NCBI RefSeq assembly: GCF_028641065.1
Contig: NC_073415.1
Coordinates: 8,494,001-8,558,000, forward strand
Direction: 5' to 3'
DNA: 64,000 nt
DNA from: Leucoraja erinacea
Lineage: Eukaryota
A program made the translations under genes and the position numbers. Positions within the stretch are counted from its first letter, which is position 1; each line of letters begins with the position of its first letter. The notes beneath the pieces are model-generated. The model had not been told where the DNA came from. It was given only the letters and a program-made list of their open reading frames with translations, and searched no databases. Below are positions 11,246 to 24,100 of the stretch, in pieces.

Positions 11246-14200
11246 CGCCCTCACACGCCGCTCCTGGGCGCCGCCATTACCAGCCCCTCAACCACGTGTC
11301 CAACCGCGCACCCATCTCACGCTCCGGCCGCGGCGCCACCGCATCGGAAAAACGTTCCGGCCCCGACACGAGTTCCTATCCCACATCAGCATTTCCCACC
11401 CGCTGTCCCGACGCCTGTCCATTCCCCCCCACACACAGGTGCTCCAACAAACATTGAGGTTTTTGTTTGTAAACCAGCATCTGCAGTTCCTTGTTTCTCC
11501 AGTCTATTATATAGTTAAACTACTATTTGGAACATAAACATTACTGGAAATGCAATTTCTAGACAAAATGTGCACAAGATCCCATAGCTAGCAGTGTGAA
11601 AGTACAATTATAAGTTATTAAGAGGCCATGCAACCCATCAAATCTACTCGCCCATTCAACAAGATCCTAGTTTATTTCAATCGTTGTCTCGAAGGGCCGA
11701 ATGGCCTACTCCTGCACCTATTTTCTATGTTATCCTTTTGTCTCATTTCCCCCCCCATTTCTGGCCTTTGTCTAATTACCTGCCTAGAATATATAGATTA
11801 TACTGGAGGGATATGGGCCAAACTCAGGCAAATGGGATCAGCTTGGAGGGGGTGTCTTACTCAACTCCCTCTGAGTCACAGACAACTATTCATGATCCAA
11901 TGTTTCAATGTCAATAGAGATCAATGTCACTTGAGATTTCCAAATTGTACTGGTAGGTTAATGAGCTGCAGAATTGTGGTTAATTTTAGATCAGTTAGAA
12001 TTAGTTAATTAGCATAGATCTGAACTACAGAACAAAGTGGAACCCGGCTGCAAGGGGGCGGGTTGCCGAGAACAGAGGGACCATTGGGACTAGATTGAAC
12101 ACTTTGTCATGGCAACTCTTTGCCTACTTTGTGTATGGTATCCAAAACAAAGCATTGCACTCTGACACGTCACATGTGATAATACAGTATAATTCATACA
12201 TTCAGATGTTTCCTTTATAAAGCATTCCAATATTTTGCCAATGGCAAATAAGGCATTAACTGTCTATCTTCCACGATTTCTGGCTCCCTCCTTTCTTGGA
12301 TTTGGAGCATTATATTTGCAGGACCTTTCTGAAACATACAGCATTTTGTAAGACACTACTGCAAACTACACTCCCTGCTTGTTATCCTGATTTGCTATTC
12401 AGGAATCCAGCAGAGGCATCACATCAAATAGTTTTTGCAGCTGAGCTACACGAGAGACTTGAAATGCTTCTAAAAGAGCAGGAACATATAGATGTGTTCT
12501 CCAGGTTCAGGAGCAACATCTTCCCAACAACCGTTTTGAACACTACAAACACCTATGAAAATTTGAACGATAAATTGTCTTGATTGCACTAGGGATTTGG
12601 GGGTTTTGTTTTACACTAATATTAGTTTTTTTAATTGATTTGTTTTATTGTGTTATCTATTGAATATTGTGTTTGCAGACCTGTTATGCTTTTGGAAGTA
12701 AGATTTGAATTGCTCCACTTCAGTACATGACAATTAAACACTCTTGACTCTCACATGTAGAGTGTCGCTCACTGCAGAGCCAACCTTTGTATTCCGTTGA
12801 GATCGTGACCATCCACCCACCCAGAGCCGTAGTTGACACTGAACTTATGAAATGTGTCTGAAGAAGGGTCTCAACCCGAAACATCACATATTCCTTCGCT
12901 CCATGGATGCTGCCTCACCCACTGAGTTTCTCCAGCATTTTTGTCTACCTTGTGAAATCAGGGGAAACCTTTTGAGGAGCATTTATGACCAAACTAAATT
13001 AAACAGATCACAGACCAAATTCCACACGTCAAATGAGACCAAGACAAAAAAAATCTTAACATATTCAACTGTTTTTTTTTCATTAAATTTTCAAGGCCCT
13101 AATAATGAGTAAATAATTTATTTGGCTGAAGTCTACCATTGTGCCAGAAGAGGGAGGTAGAGGCTTCATTTTATTAATACCATTAACAACATCTGATGTC
13201 TCCAGGGGATATTGATTTTCATATCTGATTACAGAATGAACAATAAGTTAATTATTCATAAGCAGATATGTTTAGATATTCAGTGAAGCATTAGTTGCAG
13301 ATCTTTTTAAGACAGTCCCAGAATTATCCCACTCCACCAACAGTCACTCAGGTACATGGATAGGATAGGTTTTAGAGGGATATGGACCAAACGCAAGCAG
13401 TTGGTACTGGTGTAGACGGGGCATCTTTGTCAAAGTGGGCAAGTTTGGCCGAAGGGCCTGTTTCTATGCTGTACTCTATGACTGGCCTGCCAATCAACCG
13501 CAATAGGAATTCATCAAGCCATTTTGCCTCACGTTTTATGATCTGCCTGCTAAAACATTTGCTTGTCCAAAGCAGCACTGATAATTTTGCAATTGGTTCT
13601 TACGGGGGAAAGTAAAGAACATGCATTAGTATAACACCTTTCATGTCATTCCAAAGCAGTCAACAGCACTTTGAAGTGTAGGCTCTTGTAATGTACGAAA
13701 CACAGCTGCTAGCAAGACAGAAACAGGAATTACAAATGCTGGTTTAGAAAAAAGTGCTGGAGTAAATCAGGTCAGACAGCATCTCCAAAGAACATGGATA
13801 GGTGATGATTTGGGACTGGACCCGTCAGTCTGAAGAAAGGTCCACATCTGAAAGGTCACCTATTCATATTCTCCAGCATTGGACCCGACCCGTTAAGCTA
13901 CTGCAGTACTTTGTCTTTTTAAAGTCAGTGAGAGATAATGGCCAGATAACCTGCTTTAGCAATGACATTGGTGGAGGGATAAGCACAGGCTACAAGGCAC
14001 ACTCCAATTCCCACATTCTCAGAACATAGGCCATTTAGCCTATTGGATTGATGAGAGATTGTTGTCAGAGTAATCCCATTCCCACACTTGTTTTTCCACA
14101 GACCTATTCTCTCACATACTCAACTCTCCCCCGATTCTTCTATCACCCACCTACACCGAGGCAACTTGCAAGAGCCAACTAACCCAAACAGGGGATGAAT

Positions 14201-14713
14201 ACAGAGGAAAGCCACATGATCATTGAAAACATATAAACTCCATACAGTCAGCACCAGAGGTCTGGATTGCCACTTTAAAGCCAGATAGTAAATAAAGTCC
14301 CTCGTTTGGTTCATTTGTGTAGCGTGGAGCTCTTGGTACCAGCACCCCCAGATCTCCACAGATTTGATCAGCCACAGTTTCTGCTCCAGGTTGCAGGGTC
14401 AGAGGACAACTGCAGCAGATCAATGCCTAATCTGGCCGATAGCCAACACTGCACAGAATGAAGATGGAACTGTGTGTCTGTCTGTTTCTGCACGACTCAC
14501 TCTCTCCCTTCCCTCCTCCCCTACATGGTCATCTCTGTTCTGTGTCACCCCCCCTTCCCCGACCCCTGTGTGTCAGGGTACACCAATTACAGAGCAGGTC
14601 ACAAGTTAATCCACTAAAACAGGGGGTGTACAGATACTAAACAGAAGACATTTTGCTTTGAGCAAAAAAAAAAAAAAAACATTTGCTTCACATACAAGAT
14701 TACATCACAAACA

Positions 14714-14719
14714 TTTATT
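14714..14719 (-). terminator. Candidate polyadenylation signal (AATAAA) of the RALGPS-like gene; implies a ~3.4 kb 3'UTR
   Basis: tttatt on +, followed on the minus strand by a GT-rich and T-rich tract. The AT-rich, mostly repeat-poor sequence upstream looks like UTR. Confidence 0.5.
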
Positions 14720-17700
14720 CTTTTTTTATATAAAAATACCAAGGATTGTTAATATTAATACATGTTAGATACAAGTGAGGATACATTTACAAATTCTTTA
14801 TTGTGCCCAAAGGCTCCGATTTAAGGCATTGTTTGTAATACAAAACATAACTCCATTTTTATTATGCATCATTAGAGTTAAAATATGGCAACCCCATGTT
14901 CCTCGTCTCTAGCTGAAATCCTGCTGCCAATGCTCGCAGTTTTAATAACAAGGTAATCTCAGTGCAAAGGTGCAAAGTTCCCACATTCCCTGCAGAACCA
15001 ATGAACCCATCAAACACCGAGGTGCTGGAAATATTTAGGCTCCCTCCTTCCTTCCTCTCCATCATTTATCAATGCCTGGACTCTCAGATCACAGGATGTC
15101 AGGGTCAGATGAACATCTGCATATTTTAATTATATTTCCTTTGCATTACAGCCCTCTGCAGTCACTGGCTCTCAGGGGAGCATAGGCAGTGAGAATGCCA
15201 AACCCAAAATCTCTCACAATTCACACACTAAACAAGTGTACCCGATTATCACCGCCCACACAGAATCAATCACCCTTCCCTAACAAGCATAATCATCCAT
15301 GAAACACATTCACTCACTACTACCACAGAGTTTCGATCTAGGGCTTTTGCTGGGTGGTGTCCCACTAATTTGGTAATTATGGATGTGGTTTTAGTGAGAG
15401 GAGGCTGGAAAGAGAACGGTGCAAGCAGACGCCGAGCAATATTTAATGTCATCAGTGCAGCAGTGAACTAAATCAAACATTATGTAGTGGTGATAAGAGA
15501 TCGAAAGTGCCAGGGCCATTGCAGACAGGATATAAATTAAATAACATCCTTCAGTATAATATGTGGACTGCAAAACAAAGAGGCCTGGCAATTTAAAAAA
15601 AGATTCAAATCTATTTGAATGATTCATATTATTTTCCAATTGCAGCCTTACAATTGTAAAGCAAAACAAATAAGATCAATTTCCCAGGAACAGCATCTCT
15701 TTCACCCCAGGCAGTGCCACAATCACATAGAAGCAAAGAACTGCAGATGCTGATTTATACAAAAAGACACAAAGTGCTGGAGTAACTTAGCAGATCAGGC
15801 ATCATTTCGCCGAGTTACTCCAGCGCTGTGCCCTTTAGTGCCACACACATTTGGCAGACACTCAGGAGCTAAGTGTGGGAAGAGCACATTGGTGGAATAG
15901 GATGGAGGAGATTACAAGGGGCAACTTATTGAACAAACATAGGCTCGTCACTCCTGAATGATGTATAAACCACAGGCTACTGAGACTTCCCATGTAATTA
16001 ATTGCCTGCTCAATCAGTACAGGGCTAACATCCAAATACAAGCATCACTCCCATGTGGTGGGGTCAAATCTTCACCTATTAAAACAAGGAACTACAGATG
16101 CTAGTTTACCAAGGAACGACACAAAATGCTGGAGTAACTCAGCGGGTCAGGCAGCATCCCTGGAGGACATGGATAGGTGAGGTTTCAGGTTGGGACTCTT
16201 CAGCCTTAGATTTTTGTCTGAAGGGTCCCGACCCGAAACATCATCTTTCTATGTTCTCGAGATGCTGGCTGACCTGCTGAATTACTCTGGTTTTTTGTGT
16301 CTTTCAAAGGATACAAGCTATAAATCAAACCAAAAGTAGTAGAGGAACCAGTTTGACCACCCCTCCAGGAACTCAAGATCTCCTGCTAGCAAACTGGCAC
16401 GGGTAAGATAAAAATCATAGGGGTAATGATGTCTATTTTCATTTATTTGTTTTAAAATAAATATCCGAGATGAGGGAAACAAGATAGTTAACGGACAACC
16501 TACAGCTACAGGTTCTCCAACAAATTGTAAAGCTTACTGGATAACTGCTAAAAGAGCCAAATCATTATGGCAAAAGGTCATGGAATGAAAGTTTACAGAA
16601 TTAGCAACTGTGCTGGGATGGAGAGAAAGCACCAGGTTTGTGCACCCGTTACAATATTATCGTGCTCCAACACTTGTCATATTGATGCCACAATAGGGGT
16701 CAACGCCAGAGCTGTTAAGATCCTGGAAATGAATCTTGTGTTTAATGACACCACCCAACAAGGTTAGCTGTGCATTGTTGAGGAGGAAGCTATATTAGGG
16801 GAGCAGTGGCTGAAGTAGAATTAGTATCCCAGTTAGAATTCTGAATCCTTAAACCTGCAGTTACAAGAGCCTCATCTGTAAGGCTAAAGCATGGGTTTAT
16901 AGTTGAAAAAAATCAAATCCCACCCATCCCACTCAATGTAATTCAGACAGGAATATTAAAGGTTTGTATCTCTGGTTAGTTTGTGCAGGTAGAAACCTTG
17001 AGGCTCACAATAAATGGACAGAGGGTGTCATGTTCATTTTCAGCAGCAACAGATCCAACAACAGCTGGAGAAACTATTACAAGCTGTGCTGTCCAATGCA
17101 GCCCCTTTATGGGAATACAAACTAGCCATAGAGTTGATTTAAAAAGGAATAAACATTTTTTTCTGTTTTGAGTCATTGGCACCAGTCTTTCATGTAGGTA
17201 TGTATGTCACATTGTTGTCCCATCACGCCAAATTTGTTTTCCTGTTTCGACAGAGCTCCTTTCAAAGTGCTTCAACAGTTCCATACAGATCAAAAAGCAG
17301 AGCCAAGCCAAAGACCAAGACAGCTAGGACCAGTGCAGTGTTGGCAGAGTATGTTAACCTTCAGCTCATCATGCCCTTGATTACTTGGATACATACGAGT
17401 GACTCATGTTCCTGATAGCTGTTCCCAATCTGAGATGTTCCACTGTTTGAAGGGTACCCGAGTGGGGGATGATTCCATACACCATTCTCCATCCCACAGC
17501 AGTAATGCTGCAACTGAGGCTCAAGGACAACTTGTGCTTCCCTCTCGCAGCTTAAATTTGATAAGAGACATTGATTCTCTTTTCAATTAGAGAGCAAATA
17601 ATCCCCAGCCTCCCCACGTTTAAACCATTTGTGCAATAAAGATCAAAGCCACATCTGAGAAAATTTAACCCCAGGAAATGCTCACTGCAGCAGCCACGTT

Positions 17701-18094
17701 GCACAGACTCTGCAAAAACATCTCCAGTCCAGAAGATTGGTAACCATTCCCTCCAGTCACAAAATCAGAAATCCACATCTAAATCAAATTGCCCAATGTT
17801 GCTGCTAGTTAGTCATCATTTTCCATCAGGACTTTGTTGGACAGTGGCCAGTTGGAGGATAGAATTGGTCAGACAGTTTTATCTCATCCCACTGTGGCGC
17901 TTTGAATATTATTATCGCTCGAGTCTCTGGATCTGCTCCACAACACAAGTTTCGACAGGCTGATAAACCACATGGCACGAGATTACATGTGCATCCCAGA
18001 CCAGGCACACGCACAGCAAACATCCACCATCCTCCATCTAAATCTGTACATTGTGGCACGATCTCCACCTCTTCCTCCATCAGTCTTCCTCTAC

Positions 18095-18124
18095 TTATTC
18101 AAAAGAGATTAAGTTTGTGGGAAG
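18095..18124 (-). CDS. RALGPS-like last coding exon (LPTNLISFE*)
   Basis: ttgcag acceptor and TAA stop; RALGPS1/2 end VPANLMSFE/VPTNLMTFE. Confidence 0.92.
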   Translation of the reverse strand, partial: LPTNLISFE

Positions 18125-21100
18125 CTGCAATAAAAATATACAAGTTAATTATAAAGGATCAGGGGAAAGCCATTCAACCCCCTTGAGCCTAGTCTACCAT
18201 ACAATAAGATCATAAGAAATACTGCTTCATCCACATTATTCTAAGACGATTCCATCTGTTCCCATAAGGGAAACATTCTCCTCAGCATTTACCTTATCAA
18301 GTCCCAAAAATATTCAGTTGCATTCTTCAAAACCCACCTGTTCAACTTTCCTCAAAATACAGCTCCTCAATCAGTCCCTCAGTGAACCTTTTCTGAACTG
18401 CCTCCATTGATAATACATCTCTCCTTAACAGTACTCGTCGCAGTACTCTAGTTGGCAGAGTATGGTGACACAGTACTCCCTGAACGGCCTTGCTCGAGGC
18501 AAATGAGAAGTATTCATTTGATCCTCACCACATTATGCGACTACACAGATTACACTTTGGTCCTCAAGAGAACTTAAACTTTCCCTGCTACCCTCCAGTT
18601 CCATTTATAGAATGTCTGTGCTTTCTACGTAATCTTGCTTGATATAGCTCCTCTTTGGCCTCCCAATATATTTCTTAAGATTCGCACCTACATACTCTAT
18701 ATTTCTTGATTCCAGTTGCCTATAGCAGTCATATGCTTCCTCTTTTTCCCCCCCGATCAAACATTTAATATCTAATGTCATCAACAGTTCCCTAATCTTG
18801 CTATTTCCCCTCACACTCATACAGAGCATGCTGCCTCCCAGGTTCTTGTAAACTCTTTTAAAAGATTTGCATTTACCAGCCATTGTTTAACCTGAAAGTA
18901 TCTGCCCCCAGTCTACTTAGACCAGGTGTTTAAGAAGGAACTGCAGATGCTGGAAAATCAAAGGTAGACAAAAGTGCTGGAGAAACTCAGTGGGTGCAAC
19001 AGCATCTATGGAGCGAAGAGCGAAGGAAATAGGCAACGTTTCGGGTTTTGGCCCGAAATGTTGCCTATTTCCTTTACTCCATAGATGCTGCTGCACCTGC
19101 TGTGTTTCTCCATCACTTTTGTCTACTTAGACCAGGTCTTCTTCTTTTGCAATGTTAAAATTACCCAACCCCATTTTTAAGATCATAACTTAAGGACCAA
19201 ACATATCCCTTTACATTGAAACTTACAGAATAATGGTCATCGATTCTGCAGTGCTCCCGTGATGATATTTACAGCACCTGCCCAGTTCATTTCTTAAAAT
19301 GAGCAATACATTTAGCTCTTCGACATACAAACCTTTGATTGGGATGCACTAACCTGCCTCCAGTTGATCTTGCAGGCCCTGCTCATGTGCTTGAACCACA
19401 GCATGGCATTCATTTTGCTGCCTGCCTGAAATTTATAGGAATTCCCTGCTTTGGGAAACAGAAGGAAACTCAAGGCAGTTTTGAACCACATTTACACAGC
19501 ACAACACAATGGCAGGCATTACAACGGAGAATCACAAGTCACCATCCAAAGAACCTCTGGGTCACTGTTTTAGGAGTGCAATGTAATCTCTGGCAGCATG
19601 AACAGTGGATAGCCATTGACAGTGCACTATTCAGTTCTGCTCTTTTTCTATCAGGCATTCTTCATAACTTAGAAACCAGCAACTAATTGCAAACTTGTCC
19701 TTAGATACCTGTGTAGGAAGGAACTGCAGATGCCGATTTACACCGAAGATAGACACAAAATGCTGGAGAAGAGTCTCGACCAGAAACATCACCCATTCCT
19801 CATCTCCAGAGATGCTGCCTGTCCTGCTGAATTTCTCCAGTATTTTGTGTCTGTCTTGGATACCAGTGTTCAGCAACTCAAATTCTGGTACATATGAATG
19901 TACAGGATTGGTAGAGTCTCCATTTGGTCTGTCCTAGCAAACTGGGCTAAAGGCAGTCTTCACGACCCCCTCCCAATCCAAAGGGCAATGTTGCTTGCAA
20001 AACCTCAGTCAAACAGCTTGCAGAAGCATACATTTGTCAAGGCTCCTGACTTTGTGGTTATATAAAGGGCCACTTCAGCATTCCTCCTCTGGAAACATAT
20101 CAAATGACAAAACCACATAAAAACAACCCGTTTCTCAACCAATCCTACTGTCTACATTGGCCTCAAAGAAAGGCAGGAAGGGCAGGATTGAATAGATTAA
20201 ATACTTGGCAGTTACAATTCTCTCAAGGACTCCAACCCCCCTCCCTCTTCCAACCACCTCCCACACTCAAAGGAACAGGCTTCCATATTTTTAAATAGGA
20301 AGTGCAGAAGAGAGCTTGGACTCACCATGTTCTGGATCCGTGAGCTGGAACATGTCCACATTGTCTGGGTCATCCATCAGCAGAGGTATCCAACCCACGA
20401 TCGACAAGCTCTTGCTGTAACTTGACTTAAACTGCTCCACAAAGTCAATGTGTTAAATTGATAAATCCAGAAATAAAATGCCAGCAACATTCAAGTACCA
20501 TGAACACAAGAAAACCACCAGTAGTTATTCGCGACATTTCTAGGGACAAGGGAATATTTTTATTGGGTATTCAAACTTAAGGAAAATACCTTGTCTAGAC
20601 ACCTTTGTTGGAATAGCTTGTTATTCTGGTCAGACAGTGCCAACAGCATCCAAGGCAAGTCGATTAAATATAACTTGTATTTAAATTAAAAAATCCACAG
20701 GATGTGGTGGGTTTAGTTTAGTTTAGAGATACAACTTGGAATCAGGCCCTTTGGCCCACCCAGTCCGCACCAACCAGTGATCCTTGGATATTAACACTAC
20801 CCTACACACACTAGGGACAATTTACATTTATACCAAGCCAATTAACCTCCAAACCTGTACGTCTTTGGAGGGAGGAAACCGAAGATCTTGGAGAAAACCC
20901 ACGCAGGGGATTGTACAAACTCCGTACAGACAGCACCCGTAGTCGGGATCGAACCTGGGTCTCAGCTGCTGCAAGCACTGTAAGGCAGCAACTCTACCAC
21001 TGCACCACAGTGCTGCCCTATTGTTTGTTTCTGGAGATTCAATCCAAGCCTCAAATTGTTGGTCTAGTAAGTGAAACAACAAGACACAAAATACAGCAGA

Positions 21101-24100
21101 TGCTGGAATCTTGAGCAAAAAAAAGATTCCGAGGGAGTTAGCAGGTCAGAGGGAATGTACAGATGTTATTTTGGGTCAGGTCTCTTCTCTCTGTTTTTTG
21201 GGTAATGTTTCAGATCGAGACCCTTCTTCAGACAGGCAATTCCACCCCCCCAGCAGCACCAACCTGTTCTCTTTCAGTTGATTTCAGGCTTCTGGCTCCA
21301 TAGTAGACTAGCTGATGGTCACAGAGTGCGACCCAATATGTCGTCCACACTGCCACCTGTGTTAAAGCAGAACAAGACCAGGTTTAGAGTTTCCTACTGC
21401 TCCACGACTGAAACAGTGTTACACTCAGCCCCAAGAGAATGAACGGTGATTTCTGATAAGGAAAACTCAATTGCAAACTTATTTTAAGGGTGATTCAAGG
21501 GAGTGCAAGTCAAGGGATATTTTTAAGGCAGAGATAGATAGATTCTCAATTAGTACAGGTGTCAGGGATTATAAGGAGAAGGCAGGAGAATGGAGGGAGA
21601 GATAGATCAGCCATGAATGAATGGCAGAGTAGACTTAATGGGCCGATTGGCCTAATTCTGCTTCTAGCACTTATGACGTTATGAGTCCAAAGGTATAAAA
21701 AAATTGCACAGGATATTTCTGAGTGAGAAATGCCCTAGACCAAAATCCATTCTTCCTTCTCCACAAAACATGTGTCAGGAGTAGCAAGTTAAAACAGCAA
21801 TTCAGTGAAAATCACCAAATTACAAACAATTCAGAGATTAATCTCAGCGATGTAAATTCCATTGCTTAGCAAAGGATGCAGTTAATGACGTTACCCAGTT
21901 ACCAGCATGACACCTACCCTAGACTCGGAGGGAAAAGATGTCCCTGTACAAACATCTAAGCACAGTTGAGGCAGGCACTGCAATCATATTGAGAGAGTGC
22001 GGCACTGTCCGTTAAACTGGAGCCCCATCTGTCCTTTCACAGCATATAAATCAATCCCATGGCAACTTCCTTCAGATGCTGACCTCAATCTAGTGTCCTG
22101 GCCACTCTAGTCATTATCTGCCATTTGGAATTTGCTCTGTGTAAGCTGCTGATGGGTTTTCTATATTACCACAGGAGCAATGCTGCAGATAATGTTTACT
22201 GGCTGCAGATTGCTTTAGGACACAATAAAATATTCACTGAGAGACAAACCTTCCTTCCTCTCATCTTTATTATCAGACCTGGAGGTTAGCAGGTAGTGAG
22301 GTACAAAGCCTCAAACGCTGGCAGTTCAGTTCCTGGAATATTCCACCATAGCACAAAATAGCTTTTCAAAAAGGTACATTTACAGATTATAAAACAAAGG
22401 ATCAAAGGGTCTTCAACCTGAAATGTTCACAACAGTCTCACAACAGCTCTTCTCACAACAGTAGCCCAACGCAAATTATTTCTATTTAAACAGGGAATGG
22501 GATGGATCTATGAATGGAGCGTCTATTCCGGCTCACAGATCAATTCCATTCCCGGATTGATGGGATCATCAGGGAATGTGGAGTATACATTCTCGATACA
22601 CATCAAGAATTTGCATAATTTTGTCTTTACTGTCAACATCCAGCGTCTGTAGCTTTTTATTTAAAATTTCATTCACAATAGTAAGGGGTCAGTTGGATGA
22701 CTAACAAACTTATGTTCTTCAATACAAGAAGAGAAAATACTGGAAACAATCGACAGGAGAGGCAGCATTTATCGAAGAAGAAATAGTCCACATTCTGTAG
22801 CATGTCCAGGACTCTTGAGAAAGAGAAAACAAGTTAGTTTTCAGTAGTAGCGAAAGCAATGAGGGATGGGTAGAACCGGGATGCATCCCTTAAGGGGAGT
22901 CCAAATGGATTCACCTGGGTAGTTGCAAGTACATTATGAGATTTTGTATCCGTCATGTGTTTTTTGATAGTGCTGATCAAACTATCCAATGTCAATAGAT
23001 AGACACAAAAGCTGGAGTAACTCAACGGGACAGGCCACATCTCTGGAGAGAAGGAATGGGTGATGTTTTGGGTCAAGACCCTTCTTTCAATGCCCATCCC
23101 TCTTTTGCTCACTGATAACTGGTTAATAGAAATAAAAAGGCAATCGATGAGACACAACACGAGGACTACTTCCCTACCAGTGGTTTCTTGCCATTCTTCA
23201 GGACGGTTTTCCTTCGTAGAACACTTTCAATGGTTACACATCCTTGACTGTCGGGTAGTACAGGTCTGGGAGAAGCAGAGAAATACAAGAAACCATTACT
23301 CTTGAATCAATGGCACAATTTTGTTCATCAAAATCTCCATGACCCACATCCCAACTTGCACCAACTCTCATGTACCATTGCCCCTGTGCTCACTGACCTA
23401 CAGTGGCACCTGATTGAGCAATGCCTTGAATGCAAAATAACAACTACCCCTTTCCCTATCAGCTATCTCCCTCCCTAATCTATCAGCCTGAAGAAAGTCC
23501 CAGCTCAGAACATCTTTCCGGCCATTTCCCTTCACAGATGTTGTTGCCAAGACCCGCTGAGTTCCTTCAGCAGTTTGTTTCTGGTTTAAAGTTGCAGCAT
23601 CTGCAATCTCTTATCTCCAAAGTAATTATCCCGGTTTTTAAATCTCCTGATGGCAAAGGGTTGTAACGTGGAATGCACGAGCCAGATGGGACTGGGAGAT
23701 GAAAGGACAAATGCCAGATATTGCCGAGTGTCTCTGAGGATTCACTAACATTGGAGCTAAATGTGTTGGAAATTCATAATAAAAGCACAAAATAAATAAA
23801 CCTTCCGTTTATTTCCATGACATGGGAGGACAACATTCGGCTCATCCAGTCCATGCCGGCTCCCAGATCAATCCCATTCCCTCGTGGAAAATGAACTCCT
23901 TAGCTCAACAGCTGCTCGCCAGGAATCCCCAACTTTCTGAAAGGAGTACCGTGAGGTCAAAAGGAATTTAGAGCTCCGAGGAAAAAGACGCCAAACCTGA
24001 CTCTTGTATATTGTCGCAGTGTATTATTCTTTTTTTTGAAGGACTTTAGAAATCCAGTGCAGAACCAGGCCCTTCAGCCCACACCAACCTATTCAGACAC

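Larger units (their letters stand above)
10670..11420 (-). promoter_or_regulatory. CpG island / PPAN promoter and 5' leader
   Basis: Very GC- and CpG-rich segment covering the PPAN ATG; YY1-like AATGGCGGCG on the minus strand at ~11269-11278. Confidence 0.8.
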
